Below are positions 42,101-51,472 of a DNA stretch of 64,000 bases, one piece after another. The notes under the pieces are model-generated. The model was given only the letters and a program-made list of their open reading frames with translations, had not been told where the DNA came from and did no database searches. A program made the translations under genes and the position numbers. Position 1 is the stretch's first letter. Every line of letters begins with the position of its first letter. The stretch is taken from NCBI RefSeq assembly GCF_964355755.1, contig NC_092674.1, positions 21,576,001 through 21,640,000 on the forward strand, read 5' to 3'. Source of the stretch: Antedon mediterranea. Its lineage: Eukaryota > Animalia > Echinodermata.

Positions 42101-42293
42101 AATACTATAGTTTTAGTCGCGTGAAAACGTGACTCTATAGCTCACTATGTCGGTCGGTTGGTCAGTAAACACCCAAATTTGCGCACGCAATTGGGCCCGC
42201 CATGTATATGGCCTTGTTTTTTAAACACTTACCCAGAACGAATGAAATATATAGTTGCAGTATAATTGCATAAAATACAATTAATTTTGTCAT
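1..42293 (-). CDS. Multi-exon host gene (span): secreted or cell-surface protein with a signal peptide, one six-bladed YWTD/LDLR class B beta-propeller and an uncharacterised downstream region; 3' end lies beyond the left edge
   Basis: Manually spliced exons 42233-42293, 41734-41979, 34812-34974, 23163-23296, 16548-16799, 13305-13349, 13085-13173, 10455-10554 and 11841-12000 all have AG/GT ends, matching phases (1,1,2,1,1,1,0,1,2 in transcript order) and no stops over about 416 codons. Further exons lie at 289-479 and 1-73; the link between 10455 and 479 is unresolved. Confidence 0.85.
289..479 (-). CDS. Probable exon ([36 protein letters not shown]...NKH), Ig-like strand pattern
   Basis: Strong polypyrimidine acceptor ttctctctctcttatcag|, donor |gtatgt, phase 1-0; part of ORF 280..579. 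GxYxVxLxxxDxAxN resembles Ig-like/Big repeats. Confidence 0.6.
915..1065. repeat. Degenerate array of CACAAATGTGAAAAC units; a second array at 3646-3785
   Basis: About 6-7 imperfect copies in each block, same orientation; probably subterminal repeats of a TE. Confidence 0.55.
1560..1880 (+). mobile_element. Degenerate Penelope-like RT thumb fragment
   Basis: ORF 1625..1810 contains [24 protein letters not shown], typical of PLE RT C-terminal regions. Confidence 0.7.
2112..3643. mobile_element. Solo LTR (about 750 bp net) interrupted by a LINE derivative
   Basis: Termini TGTCACGA...TCGTGACA; flanking 5-mers accta/aacta (TSD with one mismatch). Confidence 0.65.
2282..3058 (+). mobile_element. 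Internally deleted Rex1/Babar-type LINE (5' end fused to 3' end)
   Basis: N-terminal [17 protein letters not shown] motif joined to C-terminal DASHPLH...[24 protein letters not shown]; 3' gaatttcct..gaggatcaataaa followed by an (ATCTT)n tail. Confidence 0.75.
4870..7290 (+). mobile_element. Degenerate CR1-clade LINE (ORF2 RT), split by an insertion at about 5598-6275
   Basis: [61 protein letters not shown]...FSNR; frameshifts, stops and an internal deletion near 6890. Confidence 0.92.
5598..6275. mobile_element. Unclassified interspersed repeat inserted in the CR1; a related copy lies at about 14627-14890
   Basis: Splits ...ANVTAIF | KK..LPGNY; shares blocks such as acggttgaacgattttggattct and gacgcgaatcaacaga with 14790-14845. 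Confidence 0.6.
7440..10060. mobile_element. Terminal fragment of a non-autonomous Academ-like element, split by an L2 insertion
   Basis: 7625-7691 and 9979-10050 together match the reverse complement of about 49020-49200 (e.g. caagaatttctgaggtcagtaaaaccgattcaggaaata). Confidence 0.6.
7692..9978 (-). mobile_element. 5'-truncated L2-clade LINE (ORF2 RT, frameshifted)
   Basis: [78 protein letters not shown]; 3' gcgctatataaat plus (GATT)n tail; TSD agttacaaata/agttagaaata. Confidence 0.95.
10455..10554 (-). CDS. Probable exon ([33 protein letters not shown])
   Basis: attag| acceptor, AG|gtgagc donor, phase 1-2, open frame. Confidence 0.55.
10668..11712 (-). mobile_element. Non-autonomous Helitron copy (3' tip eroded)
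   Basis: 11245-11712 nearly matches 37235-37705; the left end ccatctagg...cacagatggttctcgaatac matches 35171-35205. Confidence 0.75.
11841..12000 (-). CDS. Exon ([53 protein letters not shown])
   Basis: atttag| acceptor, G|gtacga donor, 160 nt, phase 0-1, open frame. Confidence 0.75.
13085..13173 (-). CDS. Exon ([30 protein letters not shown])
   Basis: tatag| acceptor, |gtaaga donor, phase 1-0, open frame. Confidence 0.72.
13305..13349 (-). CDS. Micro-exon, acidic linker ([15 protein letters not shown])
   Basis: ttttttcag| acceptor, G|gtaaag donor, 45 nt, phase 1-1, open frame. Confidence 0.7.
13790..14630. repeat. Low-complexity and minisatellite region (aaagaaatagccatagc units; tttaggaaggagtatttttata units)
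   Basis: Imperfect tandem copies at about 13790-14110 and 14380-14630. Confidence 0.55.
15441..15755 (-). mobile_element. Composite 5S rRNA + tRNA-derived SINE, copy 1
   Basis: On the minus strand: a 5S-like head (15636-15755), a tRNA-like segment with A box TGGTGTAATGG and B box GGTTCGAG, a body, a 3' stem-loop aatttcctcactgagga and an A-rich tail; near-identical copy at 19257-19561. Confidence 0.88.
15863..16140 (+). mobile_element. Helitron 5'-end fragment (same family as 35142-37705)
   Basis: Starts A|TCTATATA and is the reverse complement of about 37365-37705 with deletions. Confidence 0.7.
16548..16799 (-). CDS. Exon: last two YWTD repeats ([21 protein letters not shown]...HPFGL...YLYWTDW...PGGLHIYK)
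   Basis: Overlaps ORF 16519..16791; taag| acceptor, G|gtaata donor, 252 nt, phase 1-1. Confidence 0.92.
17244..17632. repeat. About 21-bp minisatellite with units in both orientations
   Basis: Units attactaatccgtttaaacag / attagtaatccgttcaaacga, about 16 copies. Confidence 0.8.
17800..18350 (+). mobile_element. Repeat sharing the about 500-bp core of the HINE-like elements at 43113-46655 but with different ends
   Basis: ggccaggaatcgatgtggttatgttttcacggtgcgc...ctacgcacgtgtaa matches about 44117-44546. Confidence 0.75.
19257..19561 (-). mobile_element. Composite 5S rRNA + tRNA-derived SINE, copy 2
   Basis: Reverse complement begins GTATACGGCCATACTGCGTTGAAACACCGGTTCTCGTCAGATCACCGAAGTTAAGCAACG (5S-like), followed by the same tRNA-like and tail modules as copy 1. 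Confidence 0.88.
23163..23296 (-). CDS. Exon: YWTD repeat ([44 protein letters not shown])
   Basis: ttag| acceptor, A|gtaagt donor, phase 2-1, YWTDWG and PNGL motifs. Confidence 0.92.
26025..27540 (-). pseudogene. Academ transposase C-terminal (XPG-like) fragment, left arm
   Basis: ORFs 27024..27368 and 26025..26582 plus upstream [12 protein letters not shown]; frameshifts and an AT-rich insertion at about 26738-26900. Confidence 0.8.
27595..28630 (+). pseudogene. Academ transposase C-terminal (XPG-like) fragment, right arm
   Basis: ORFs 27683..27877 and 28073..28630; the 185-aa ORF is nearly identical to 26025..26582. Confidence 0.8.
30500..31545 (+). mobile_element. Degenerate CR1/Jockey-group LINE 3' fragment with an (AAAT)n tail
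   Basis: 30535-30675 reads [14 protein letters not shown]...[23 protein letters not shown]; [12 protein letters not shown]; AAAT-rich tail at 31480-31545. Confidence 0.7.
31289..31405 (+). mobile_element. Short HINE/DINE-1-like element; another short copy at about 42111-42219
   Basis: ttttagtcgcgtgg...(GTCG/GTCT)n...tggctgttggccttgtt; same ends as 43929-46655; T-rich insertion site. Confidence 0.75.
31687..32210. mobile_element. PIF/Harbinger-like MITE pair (159-bp unit 31687-31845 abutting a longer one)
   Basis: TIR AGCCGATTTTCCACTAGGCGAATTTGTTCGCGCGAATC with reverse copies ending at 31845 and 32210; TAA/TAA and TTA flanks. Confidence 0.75.
32520..33130 (-). mobile_element. Highly degenerate CR1-group LINE RT fragment
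   Basis: Reverse strand near 32980-33040 reads [20 protein letters not shown]. Confidence 0.6.
34812..34974 (-). CDS. Exon: YWTD repeat ([55 protein letters not shown])
   Basis: Typical LDLR class B motifs DGLxVD/LYWT/IEV..LDG/PRAI; donor GG|gtatgt. The acceptor may alternatively give exon start 34968 (same phase). Absent from the ORF track. Confidence 0.9.
35142..37705 (-). mobile_element. Full-length non-autonomous Helitron (2.56 kb) with internal duplications
   Basis: Minus-strand 5'-TC and 3'-CTAG, inserted between A and T, terminal hairpin ctagatggcacgc...gcgtaccatctag; internal direct repeat 36294-36670/37105-37430 and a tandem of about 67 bp at 36462-36598. Confidence 0.85.
38430..38485 (-). 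ncRNA. Type I hammerhead ribozyme, mirror copy
   Basis: Exact reverse complement of 38925-38980. Confidence 0.85.
38925..38980 (+). ncRNA. Type I hammerhead ribozyme in the pLTR
   Basis: TCAC CTGAAGA [GTGCGGCCAGC tacat GCTGGTCGTAC] GAAAC AAATTT GTA GTGA: canonical core, 11-bp stem II, short stem III with a palindromic loop, GUA cleavage triplet. Confidence 0.85.
40771..41600. repeat. Tandem duplication of about 415 bp of a DNA-transposon subterminal region
   Basis: 40771-41187 nearly matches 41188-41600; a related inverted segment lies at 39440-39600. Confidence 0.85.
41734..41979 (-). CDS. Exon: first propeller blades (NIMFVTN...[28 protein letters not shown])
   Basis: ttgcag| acceptor, G|gtaata donor, 246 nt, phase 1-1, LYWSD motif. 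Confidence 0.88.
42233..42293 (-). CDS. Coding exon 1: signal peptide [20 protein letters not shown](G)
   Basis: ATG at 42293, hydrophobic core, phase-1 donor G|gtaagt. An upstream acceptor ttacag ending at 42308 implies a 5'UTR exon further right. Confidence 0.8.
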
Positions 42294-43112
42294 CGTATTT
42301 GTTACTTCTGTAATAGAAAATAATTTTGAATTTTAAAAAACATCATACAGTAATTCCAGCCAGGTACATTTTTATACAACATAATTATACAAAACTCTCT
42401 TAAGAAACTATCTATGCCTACCGTACTGTAGCCTAGGCACCTAAAAAAAAAACGATTTGTGGAATCAATATGTATCGGTCACTGTGCTAAACACACACAC
42501 AAAAAAAACCTGTAATACAGTAATGATATTGCTATAATCTAAGAAAGCTTGATGAAAATATTGCAATGTCTATAAGTGAGGGAACTGAAGCTTTAAAAGG
42601 GATTGGAACATTTCACTCGTAATTTAAAAAACGTAATTGTCACAAAAATATACCCAATTTCTGTTTTGTATGTAACATTAGGGTTGAGGGATGGGGAAGA
42701 GGATGGGTGCAAAGAGCAACAATATATTCTTTTTTTTTGTCTTATACGTGGGTTCATCCCACTTTTATTCCATATTAATACTTAATATAATAATTTTACA
42801 GTACAGTTCTTTTTGGGTTCATCTTTTTCATTATTATCTTTTAACACTTAATTTTTTTTTATATTTAGAGTATTTACCTTCTTTTTTTTACATTTTACAA
42901 TACATAATTTATTTTTCAACTAATTATATACTTTTATGTTCAACATACATTTCTACTAATGTTATTCCATTTACATATATTTTATAGCATAAACATAATT
43001 TGATTTAACAAAAATTATGTTTGTATCATCATACATATATTTTCTGCTTGCATTTTTAAAAACAAATTTTTATTGTAACTCATAAGATACTTTATCAACA
43101 TGTCTTATTTTT

Positions 43113-43927
43113 AACAAGGCCAACAGCCATTAAGTCGCGTGCTACAATGCATAGTGATACCGGACCGACAGACAGACCGACAGACCGACAGACAGACCGA
43201 CAGACCGACAGAAAGACAGACAGAGAGACCGACTGACCGACATAGTGAACTATACTGACCGAAATTACTGAACATGTTTAAAAATGTTGAAATGTTTAAA
43301 CATTTTTTTTTTTAAATTTACACGTGCGTAGCCTGTCACTTTCGACGTGCTGGTATAACGTAATTTCGAGTTGAAAAGTCAGTCAAGAAAACAGAAATCG
43401 GGCAAAAAGAGTGCGCAATAACATTTAACGCGCAGTGCGCGCGCAAAAATATGCGCACTCATGGCAATTTTGTAAACGCTTAAAATTGCCTGAAATGTAC
43501 TCTTATTTCATCGAAAATAAATTTTGAAAATGTTAAGCGCGCGTACGCATGCGTTACATGCGCTACGCACGTAATTGTATTGCCATATGATGATTTATGC
43601 CCTGAAATTTATGAGTACCAAATTTTATTTAATTGTGATTCATGGTTGTGAAGATATGATTACAAACGTGATTTCGTTAAATCGTGCGTAGACCGCGTAA
43701 TTTTTTATTGCGCACCGTGAAAACATAACCACATTGATTCCTGGCCATAAGGAATATACTGTGAAAAATTGACCTAGCTAGATTAAACTGATATCAAGAT
43801 AAGGTCAGAAAGCGATAAAACGCATAGTGATACCGGACCGACAGACAGACAGACCGACAGACAGACCGACAGACAGACCGACCGACCGACATAGTGAACT
43901 ATAGAGTCGCTTCCACGCGACTAAAAA
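43113..43927 (-). mobile_element. HINE/DINE-1-like (Helentron-associated) element, copy A
   Basis: Subterminal IR tagtcgcgt/acgcgactta, (GTCT)n tracts, 3' stem-loop; reverse complement of copy B. Confidence 0.85.
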
Positions 43928-43928
43928 C

Positions 43929-44734
43929 TGGAAGCGACTCTATAGTTCACTATGTCGGTCGGTCGGTCTGTCTGTCTGTCTGTCTGTCTGTCGGTCTGTC
44001 GGTCTGTCTGTCTGTCTGTCTGTCGGTCCGGTATCACTATGCGTTTTATCGCTTTATGACCTTATCTTGATATCAGTTTAATCTAGCTAAGTCAATTTTT
44101 CACAGAATATTCCTTATGGCCAGGAATCAATGTGGTTATGTTTTCACGGTGCGCAATAAAAAATTACGCGGTCTACGCACGATTTAACGAAATCACGTTT
44201 GTAATCATATCTTGACAACCACGAATCACAATTAAATAAAATTTGGTACTCATAAATTTCAGGGCATAAATCATCATATGGCAATACAATTACGTGCGTA
44301 GCGCATGTAACGCATGCGTACGCGCGCTTAACATTTTCAAAATTTATTTTCGATGAAATAAGAGTACGTTTCAGGCAATTTTAAGCGTTTACAAAATTGC
44401 CATGAGTGCGCAGATTTTTGCGCGCGCACTGCGCGTTAAATGTTATTGCGCACTCTTTTTGCCCGATTTCTGTTTTTTTGACTTACTTTTCAATTCGAAA
44501 TTACGTTATACGAGCACGTCAAAAGTGACAGGCTACGCACGTGTAAATTAAAAAAATAAAAATGTTTTTAAACATTTCAACATTTTTAAACATGTTCAGT
44601 AATTTCGGTCAGTACAGTTCACTATGTCGGTCGGTCCGTCTGTCTGTTGGTCTGTCTGTCTGTCGGTCTGTTTGTCTGTCGGTCCGGTATCACTATGCAT
44701 TGTAGCACGCGACTTAATGGCTGTTGGCCTTGTT
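43929..44734 (+). mobile_element. HINE-like element, copy B (head-to-head with A, 5' tip missing)
   Basis: Starts at tggaagcgactc directly after the 5' end of copy A. Confidence 0.85.
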
Positions 44735-44901
44735 ATTTTTAAAATAATCTTTTGAAAAATCATCATACACATATTTTTTGCTTGTATTGTTTTCTCTTTT
44801 ATGTTAACTCTTAACATAATTTATCAACATTTCTTATTTAAAAAAAAAACATATTTTGTATTTGTTAACATTATATTAAAGTTTTGTTTTCTTCTTTTTA
44901 A

Positions 44902-45705
44902 TTTTTGGTCGCGTGGAAGCGACTCTATAGTTCACTAAGTCGGTCGGTCGGTCTGTCTGTCTGTCTGTCGGTCTGTCGGTCTGTCTGTCTGTCGGTCCGG
45001 TATCACTATGCGTTTTGTCGCTTTATGACCTTATCTTGATATCAGTTTAATCTAGCTAAGTCAATTTTTCACAGAATATTCCTTATAGCCTGGAATCGAT
45101 GTGGTTATGTTTTCACGGTGCGCAATAAAAAATTACGCGGTCTACGCACGATTTAACGAAATCACGTTTGTAATCATATCTTAACAACCATGAATCACAA
45201 TTAAATAAAATTTGGTACTCATAAATTTCAGGGCATAAATCATCATATGGCAATACAATTACGTGCGTAGCGCATGTAACGCATGCGTACGCGCGCTTAA
45301 AATTTTCAAAATTTATTTTTGATGAAATAAGAGTACGTTTCAGGCAATTTTAAGCGTTTACAAAATTGCCATGAGTGCGCAGATTTTTGCGCGCGCACTG
45401 CGCGTTAAATGTTATTGCGCACACTTTTTGCCCGATTTCTGTTTTCTTGACTTAATTTTCAACTCGAAATTACGTTATACGAGCACGTCAAATGTGACAG
45501 GCTACGCACGTGTAAATTAAAAAAATATAAATGTTTTTAAACATTTCAACATTTTTAAACATGTTCAGTAATTTCGGTCAGTATAGTTCACTATGTCGGT
45601 CGGTCCGTCTGTCTGTCGGTCTGTCTGTCTGTCAGTCTGTTTGTCTGTCGGTCCGGTATCACTATGCATTGTAGCCCGCGACTTAATGGCTGTTGGCCTT
45701 GTTTT
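44902..45705 (+). mobile_element. HINE-like element, copy C
   Basis: Near-identical to B and D; T-run flanks. Confidence 0.85.
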
Positions 45706-45819
45706 TAACACATGTTAATCTATCTATATATGTTCCTTATAATTTAACACATTTCTACTAGTATTTATTTCTTTAAATATATTTTCATAAACACTTTAAC
45801 GTTGTTTAATACTCCTTTA

Positions 45820-45861
45820 TTAGTCGCGTGGAAGCGACTCTATAGTTCACTATGTCGGTCG

Positions 45862-45944
<83 letters not shown>

Positions 45945-46655
45945 GGTCCGGTATCACTATGCGTTTTATCGCTTTAAGACCTTATCTTGATATCAGTTTA
46001 ATCTAGCTAAGTCAATTTTTCACAGAATATTCCTTATGGCCAGGAATCGATGTGGTTATGTTTTCACGGTGCGCAATAAAAAATTACGCGGTCTACGCAC
46101 GATTTAACGAAATCACGTTTGTAATCATATCTTAACAACCATGAATCACAATTAAATAAAATTTGGTACTCATAAATTTCAGGGCATAAATCATCATATG
46201 GCAATACGATTACGTGCGTAGCGCATGTAACGCATGCGTACGCGCGCTTAAAATTTTCAAAATTTATTTTCGATGAAATAAGAGTACGTTTCAGGCAATT
46301 TTAAGCGTTTACAAAATTGCCATGAGTGCGCAGATTTTTGCGCGCGCACTGCGCGTTAAATGTTATTGCGCACTCTTTTTGCCCGATTTCTGTTTTCTTG
46401 ACTTACTTTTCAACTCGAAATTACGTTGTACGAGCACGTCAAAAGTGACAGGCTACGCACGTGTAAATTAAAAAAATATAAATGTTTTTAAACATTTCAA
46501 CATTTTTAAACATGTTCAGTAATTTCGGTCAGTATAGTTCACTATGTCGGTCGGTCCGTCTGTCTGTCGGTCTGTCTGTCTGTCGGTCTGTTTGTCTGTC
46601 GGTCCAGTATCACTATGCATTGTAGCACGCGACTTAATGGCTGTTGGCCTTGTTT
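45820..46655 (+). mobile_element. HINE-like element, copy D (expanded GTCT microsatellite)
   Basis: Near-identical to B and C; (GTCT)n at 45862-45944. Confidence 0.85.
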
Positions 46656-47446
46656 ATTATACAATCCCTTTTTTATCAATTTAGTTTACATAGCCTATAT
46701 CCTTTGATAACTCTATACTCATAAGATACAATTTACATTGTATACTTATATTACAGATAAATAATATTGTACCTAGCCACTAATTGATATCACAACTTTG
46801 GCAATGAATACATACTCCTAAACATATATATATAAATATATAAATGTTCGGTTCAATAAATGCATACACATACTGTATACCTGTATGCATTATGCATCTT
46901 TTGTGTCATTCTCATAGCATACCTTATTTTTTCAATCATTTCATAATTTTACATTTGACTGTTCATCTATTTAGACAATATTCTAGACGATTATGATCTA
47001 ATTTTTCCCATTTCTTTCTAGCCGCAAGATTATCAATTGCGTATTCAATTTTTCTTAACATTTTTATTTCTTTAGCGAATAAAAACCATGCATTTACAAT
47101 TTTATTTTCTGTTCGAAAAAGAACACTTGCCTTGTAAATATAAAAAGTAAAAATTGATAACAACTCATTTACAATATTATTGGCTACACCAAGAGAATAA
47201 TATATTCAAAACAAGACTAATCAACAAATGCCTGATTTTCGTTGTTACAAGAGTTTAACATGTTGTTAAAATTATACCAAAAGGATGATTTTTTTTCACA
47301 GTTAATTAGCATGTGCCTTTCATCTTCTATTTCTATTTTACATCTGTCACACATATCTGAATTATAGATCTTCCATAACTTAAGTTTCTTTTTACAACAT
47401 AAAATTCTATGCAACAATTTAACATTAAATTGTGCAATTTTACTTA

Positions 47447-49282
47447 TAGGTGCCTTAACGAAAAAAAATGAGGAAATCGTTACACGGTGGTAAAAAGCGC
47501 CAAATTTGGCATGGAGCTTCGTTGGGACCTACCAATTGATTTTTGCCTAGGAGCAACTCTGGTCGTAATTTATTCTTTCAAGATGGCGGCCAAAATCCAA
47601 AATGGCCCCCAATAAATTGGAAAATCACATTTCATTTGTTGCAGAAGTCACATATAGGCAAATGAACTATCAAAATATAAGTATTCATGGTCATTGAAAC
47701 ATATTTTAGACATGTTGCATGATATGGGTCATTCGTTGTTAGGATGGTGGCCTAAATCCAACATGTCTGCCAGTAGCCTAAACTGGAATATCATTCTGGT
47801 TGCAGAAACCGCATATAGGTATCAAACGAAGTAGGAAAACATGGAGTAGGCCTAATCATGGTCATTGAAACCTATTTTAGACATGGTACATAATATAGGT
47901 CACTCGTTGCAAAGATGGTGGGAAAATACAAAATGGCTGCCAGTAAACTAGGAAATCACATACAGTATCTGTGGACGGCAGAAGTATGTAAATGAAGTAG
48001 CTGTAGTAAATGGTGGAGGTGGTATGTAAATTACAAGTAACTGTAAAAAAGTTACAGCCAGTTCAGTTTCTGAAACCACATAAAATGTGGTATTTTTGGG
48101 AAAATAAAGATTGAGGGCGCTGTTCACATAAGTAAACGTACACAAGTTTTTGTCAGAATATTTTTAAAATGGTCTTATTTGAAAGATAATTACATTTTCT
48201 TTATATTAAAGAAAACAAATTTTACATTCAATATCCATAGTTCAGATAAATTTACGTTAAGTGCCTAAAATAGGCAAATATAACACATTTTAATACATAA
48301 CAAATACTATTGGATGTAAAAAATTACAAATTTAGTTATCATAAATAGGATTCTTTTACATTTTCATAGAAACTGTTTTATTATAAAACATATAAATATA
48401 TATTTTTCTCACAATTTCTCATAAAAAACTTTTACGACCACTAGTTTTCTAGATATAGAAATGTGTACTACCAGTACAGGTCAAAGGTCAATAACAAGAA
48501 TCTGGGTCATTTTCTTGGAAAAGTTTGTATTAGACTGAATAGAAACATCAATCTTTTGATTAATTTGAGACCTATTTAAAGTTTGTCAAACTGTTAGTTA
48601 CCAAGTTATATGACATGTAGGTCAAAGGTCAAAAATACCAAAAATCATACTTCCGGCCATTTTTTGACAAATGTTTTCATTAGGACGCATATTAATATGC
48701 ATCTTTCAAATAATTTGACACTAAAATTATTTAATTTAATGTAAGCGTTGTAGAGATATGGTTATTTTGTTTTCAATTGGATTAAAATATTCAAATTTGA
48801 GGTCAAAGGTCAAAGAAAAACTTTCGAAATTTGATAACATGGGTTTTTATAACTGGCATTGTTAAAAAATTCATAAAATGCAATGCTTGCACTTTCCTTC
48901 TGATTTGCAGACTAAAATACATTAGGGATGAACTATTTGTGACTTTGTATAAATGTATTTCAATTTCAATGGCTACCATTTTTATTTTTGGGCGCCATCT
49001 TGGAACTCACTTTATATACTATTTCCTGAATCGGTTTTACTGACCTCAGAAATTCTTGATTCATTGATACATTTTTTGTCTATTTGTAACTTTTACAGCC
49101 AGAGATATATGATATACCAATTTACTGGCAGCCATTTTGGATTTTGGCCGCCATCTTTGAAAATCGGAAGCTGATTGGGTGGCTCTAAGGCAAAAATCAA
49201 TTAGTACCCTAAAAGAAGCCTCATGCAAAATTTGGTGCTTTTGTCTACCGTGTAACGTTTTAGTCGCTAAGCCACCTGACTA
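47447..49282. mobile_element. Non-autonomous Academ-like element (1.84 kb) nested in the L1
   Basis: TAG...CTA termini, imperfect TIRs (cgttacacggt...aaatttggcat...ttgatttttgcc), 3-bp TSD TTA/TTA; removing it restores the L1 frame. Confidence 0.82.
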
Positions 49283-49510
49283 TTAAGTGCTTCATACAAT
49301 ATACTTTTCTATGCCCTATTGTATTCCAATCTAAAAATTCTAAATTAAGATCTCTTTCCCATTTCGTTTGAAAATTTGGTTCACTGGATTTATTTACCAA
49401 AAATTCTTTGTAAAAAGGTTTTACTGAAGTGTTTTTGCCATATAAATCATATTTTTCCACTTCTATTTCCTGAATATTATCTTTAACATTAAAAAGTTTT
49501 TGTTTTTCCA

Positions 49511-51472
49511 ATGTTTGGGAATTGCTTCTTCCCCCTGGAAGAACAAGACACCGTTCGCAGTAAAATTGTAGCTATTGTAAAATCTACCACTCTACCACCT
49601 TCAAATTTAACCCCCAAAGAACGAAAGGCCATAAAAAACTTGAAGAAAGATAAATCTATTCTTATTCTCCCAGCGGATAAAGGTAGATCTACTGTCATCC
49701 TAAATACTAATGATTACAAAGATAAAGTGGGAACCATGGTGAGCGACACTAATGTTTACGAACTGCTAAAACGTAATCCAACACAAAACTATAAACGAAA
49801 AGTGGTCAACATCATAGGCAGGTTGTTCAAAGAAAAGAAAATCAACTACAGAGAGAAAGAATGGCTGTTTCCCACGGCTGAAATTGTACCTAGGTTGTAT
49901 TGTCTTCCGAAGATACATAAACCAAATTGGCCATTAAGACCTATAGTAGATAACATCAACACCTTTTTTTACACCGTTGCACAATTCCTCACCAAAATCC
50001 TGGGTCCGCTTGTCGGAAACACAGAACATCATGTAACTTACTCAGGAGAGTTGGCGAGTGAACTAAAAGAAATAATAGTCAAACCAAGTGAAACATTTGT
50101 CTCGTTTGACGTAGTATCTCTGTTTACAAAAACACCAGTAGAAGAGGCCCTCAAAGTTGTCGAAAATCGCCTAACAACAGATCCGACACTTCTGGATAGA
50201 ACTAAACTACATGTGACAGACATAATGAAGCTCCTCGGTTTAATTGTGAACAAAACCTATTTCTCGTTCAATGGTAACATTTATAGGCAAATACAAGGCA
50301 TTGCTATGGGAAGCCCAATAAGTCCTATATTGGCGAACTTGTATCTAGAGTGGCTCGAACACCAAGCCATAAACACGGCACCCACTAACATCAAGCCTGT
50401 GTATTGGAAACGATACGTTGATGATGTATTAGCTATCATCCCCATAGGTACAGTACATACATTTAACACACATCTTAATAACATCGATATAACTGACAAT
50501 ATCAAGTTCACCACAGAATCGATGACAAACAACACAATACCTTTCCTGGACATGCTCATCACACTCAATGACAATGGAACAGTTACCACCTCAGTCTATC
50601 GGAAGCCCACTCACACAGACCAATATTTACATTTCAACTCACATCATCCACTCGAACACAAACTGGGGCTTATAAACACGCTTGTGGACAGAGCTGAGAA
50701 GGTAGTGGGAGATATGGATTTGAGGAAAGTTGAGATGGATAACATCAAGAAAGCGTTACACAACTGCCAGTATCCAGAGTGGTCCTTCCAGAGAGTTATG
50801 GAAAACCGAAAAAGAAAAAAGAACAAAGGACACGAACCACAGAAAGAAAAGATCAAGATGCGAGGTAGCAGAGGAATCCCCTATGTAAAAGGAATGGCAG
50901 AAAGAATACGACGCACTCTCTCCTATCACAATGTCGGAACCTATTTCCTACCCCAAAATAAAATCAAGAATAGCCTCGTCCACCCAAAAGATAAAATCGA
51001 GAAGATGGATACATGTGGAGTAATCTACGAAGTCACCTGCCGCAACTGTCCACAAGTTTACATTGGGGAAACAGGGAGGGCATTACAAACACGAATTAAT
51101 GATCACAAAAAAGATGTTACAACAAACACGGGGGGAGTAATGACTAGGGCCTCCAGAACATCCACATCTTCGATCATACACAAATCTGCCATTACAGAAC
51201 ATGTCATAAAACACAATCATGTACCGAACTGGGAGGCTACCATCTTAACCAAAGAGCCTAAACGCAAAGACAGACAGATTAGAGAATCATTACATATAAG
51301 GAGAAATAAAGAGAAGACCATGAACCGGGACACTGGAGCCCACGAACTCTCGCATTTGTACAATGATTTGATAGACACATCACCTGGCCGAGCCCCGCAC
51401 AACCTCCAACCTACAACCGGAGGCGTACAACGTCATCAACAGATGACGTCAAGAATGACCAAGCTGCATTAA
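49511..51472 (+). CDS. Penelope-like retroelement ORF: reverse transcriptase + GIY-YIG endonuclease (probably 5'-truncated)
   Basis: 653 aa open: PADKG, LPKIHKPNWPLRPIV, SFDVVSLFT, GIAMGSPISP, RYVDD, FLD, YRKPTHT, GVIYEVTC..C.QVYIGETGR, SAITEH, RESLHI..MNRD. Confidence 0.95.
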   Translation: MFGNCFFPLEEQDTVRSKIVAIVKSTTLPPSNLTPKERKAIKNLKKDKSILILPADKGRSTVILNTNDYKDKVGTMVSDTNVYELLKRNPTQNYKRKVVNIIGRLFKEKKINYREKEWLFPTAEIVPRLYCLPKIHKPNWPLRPIVDNINTFFYTVAQFLTKILGPLVGNTEHHVTYSGELASELKEIIVKPSETFVSFDVVSLFTKTPVEEALKVVENRLTTDPTLLDRTKLHVTDIMKLLGLIVNKTYFSFNGNIYRQIQGIAMGSPISPILANLYLEWLEHQAINTAPTNIKPVYWKRYVDDVLAIIPIGTVHTFNTHLNNIDITDNIKFTTESMTNNTIPFLDMLITLNDNGTVTTSVYRKPTHTDQYLHFNSHHPLEHKLGLINTLVDRAEKVVGDMDLRKVEMDNIKKALHNCQYPEWSFQRVMENRKRKKNKGHEPQKEKIKMRGSRGIPYVKGMAERIRRTLSYHNVGTYFLPQNKIKNSLVHPKDKIEKMDTCGVIYEVTCRNCPQVYIGETGRALQTRINDHKKDVTTNTGGVMTRASRTSTSSIIHKSAITEHVIKHNHVPNWEATILTKEPKRKDRQIRESLHIRRNKEKTMNRDTGAHELSHLYNDLIDTSPGRAPHNLQPTTGGVQRHQQMTSRMTKLH

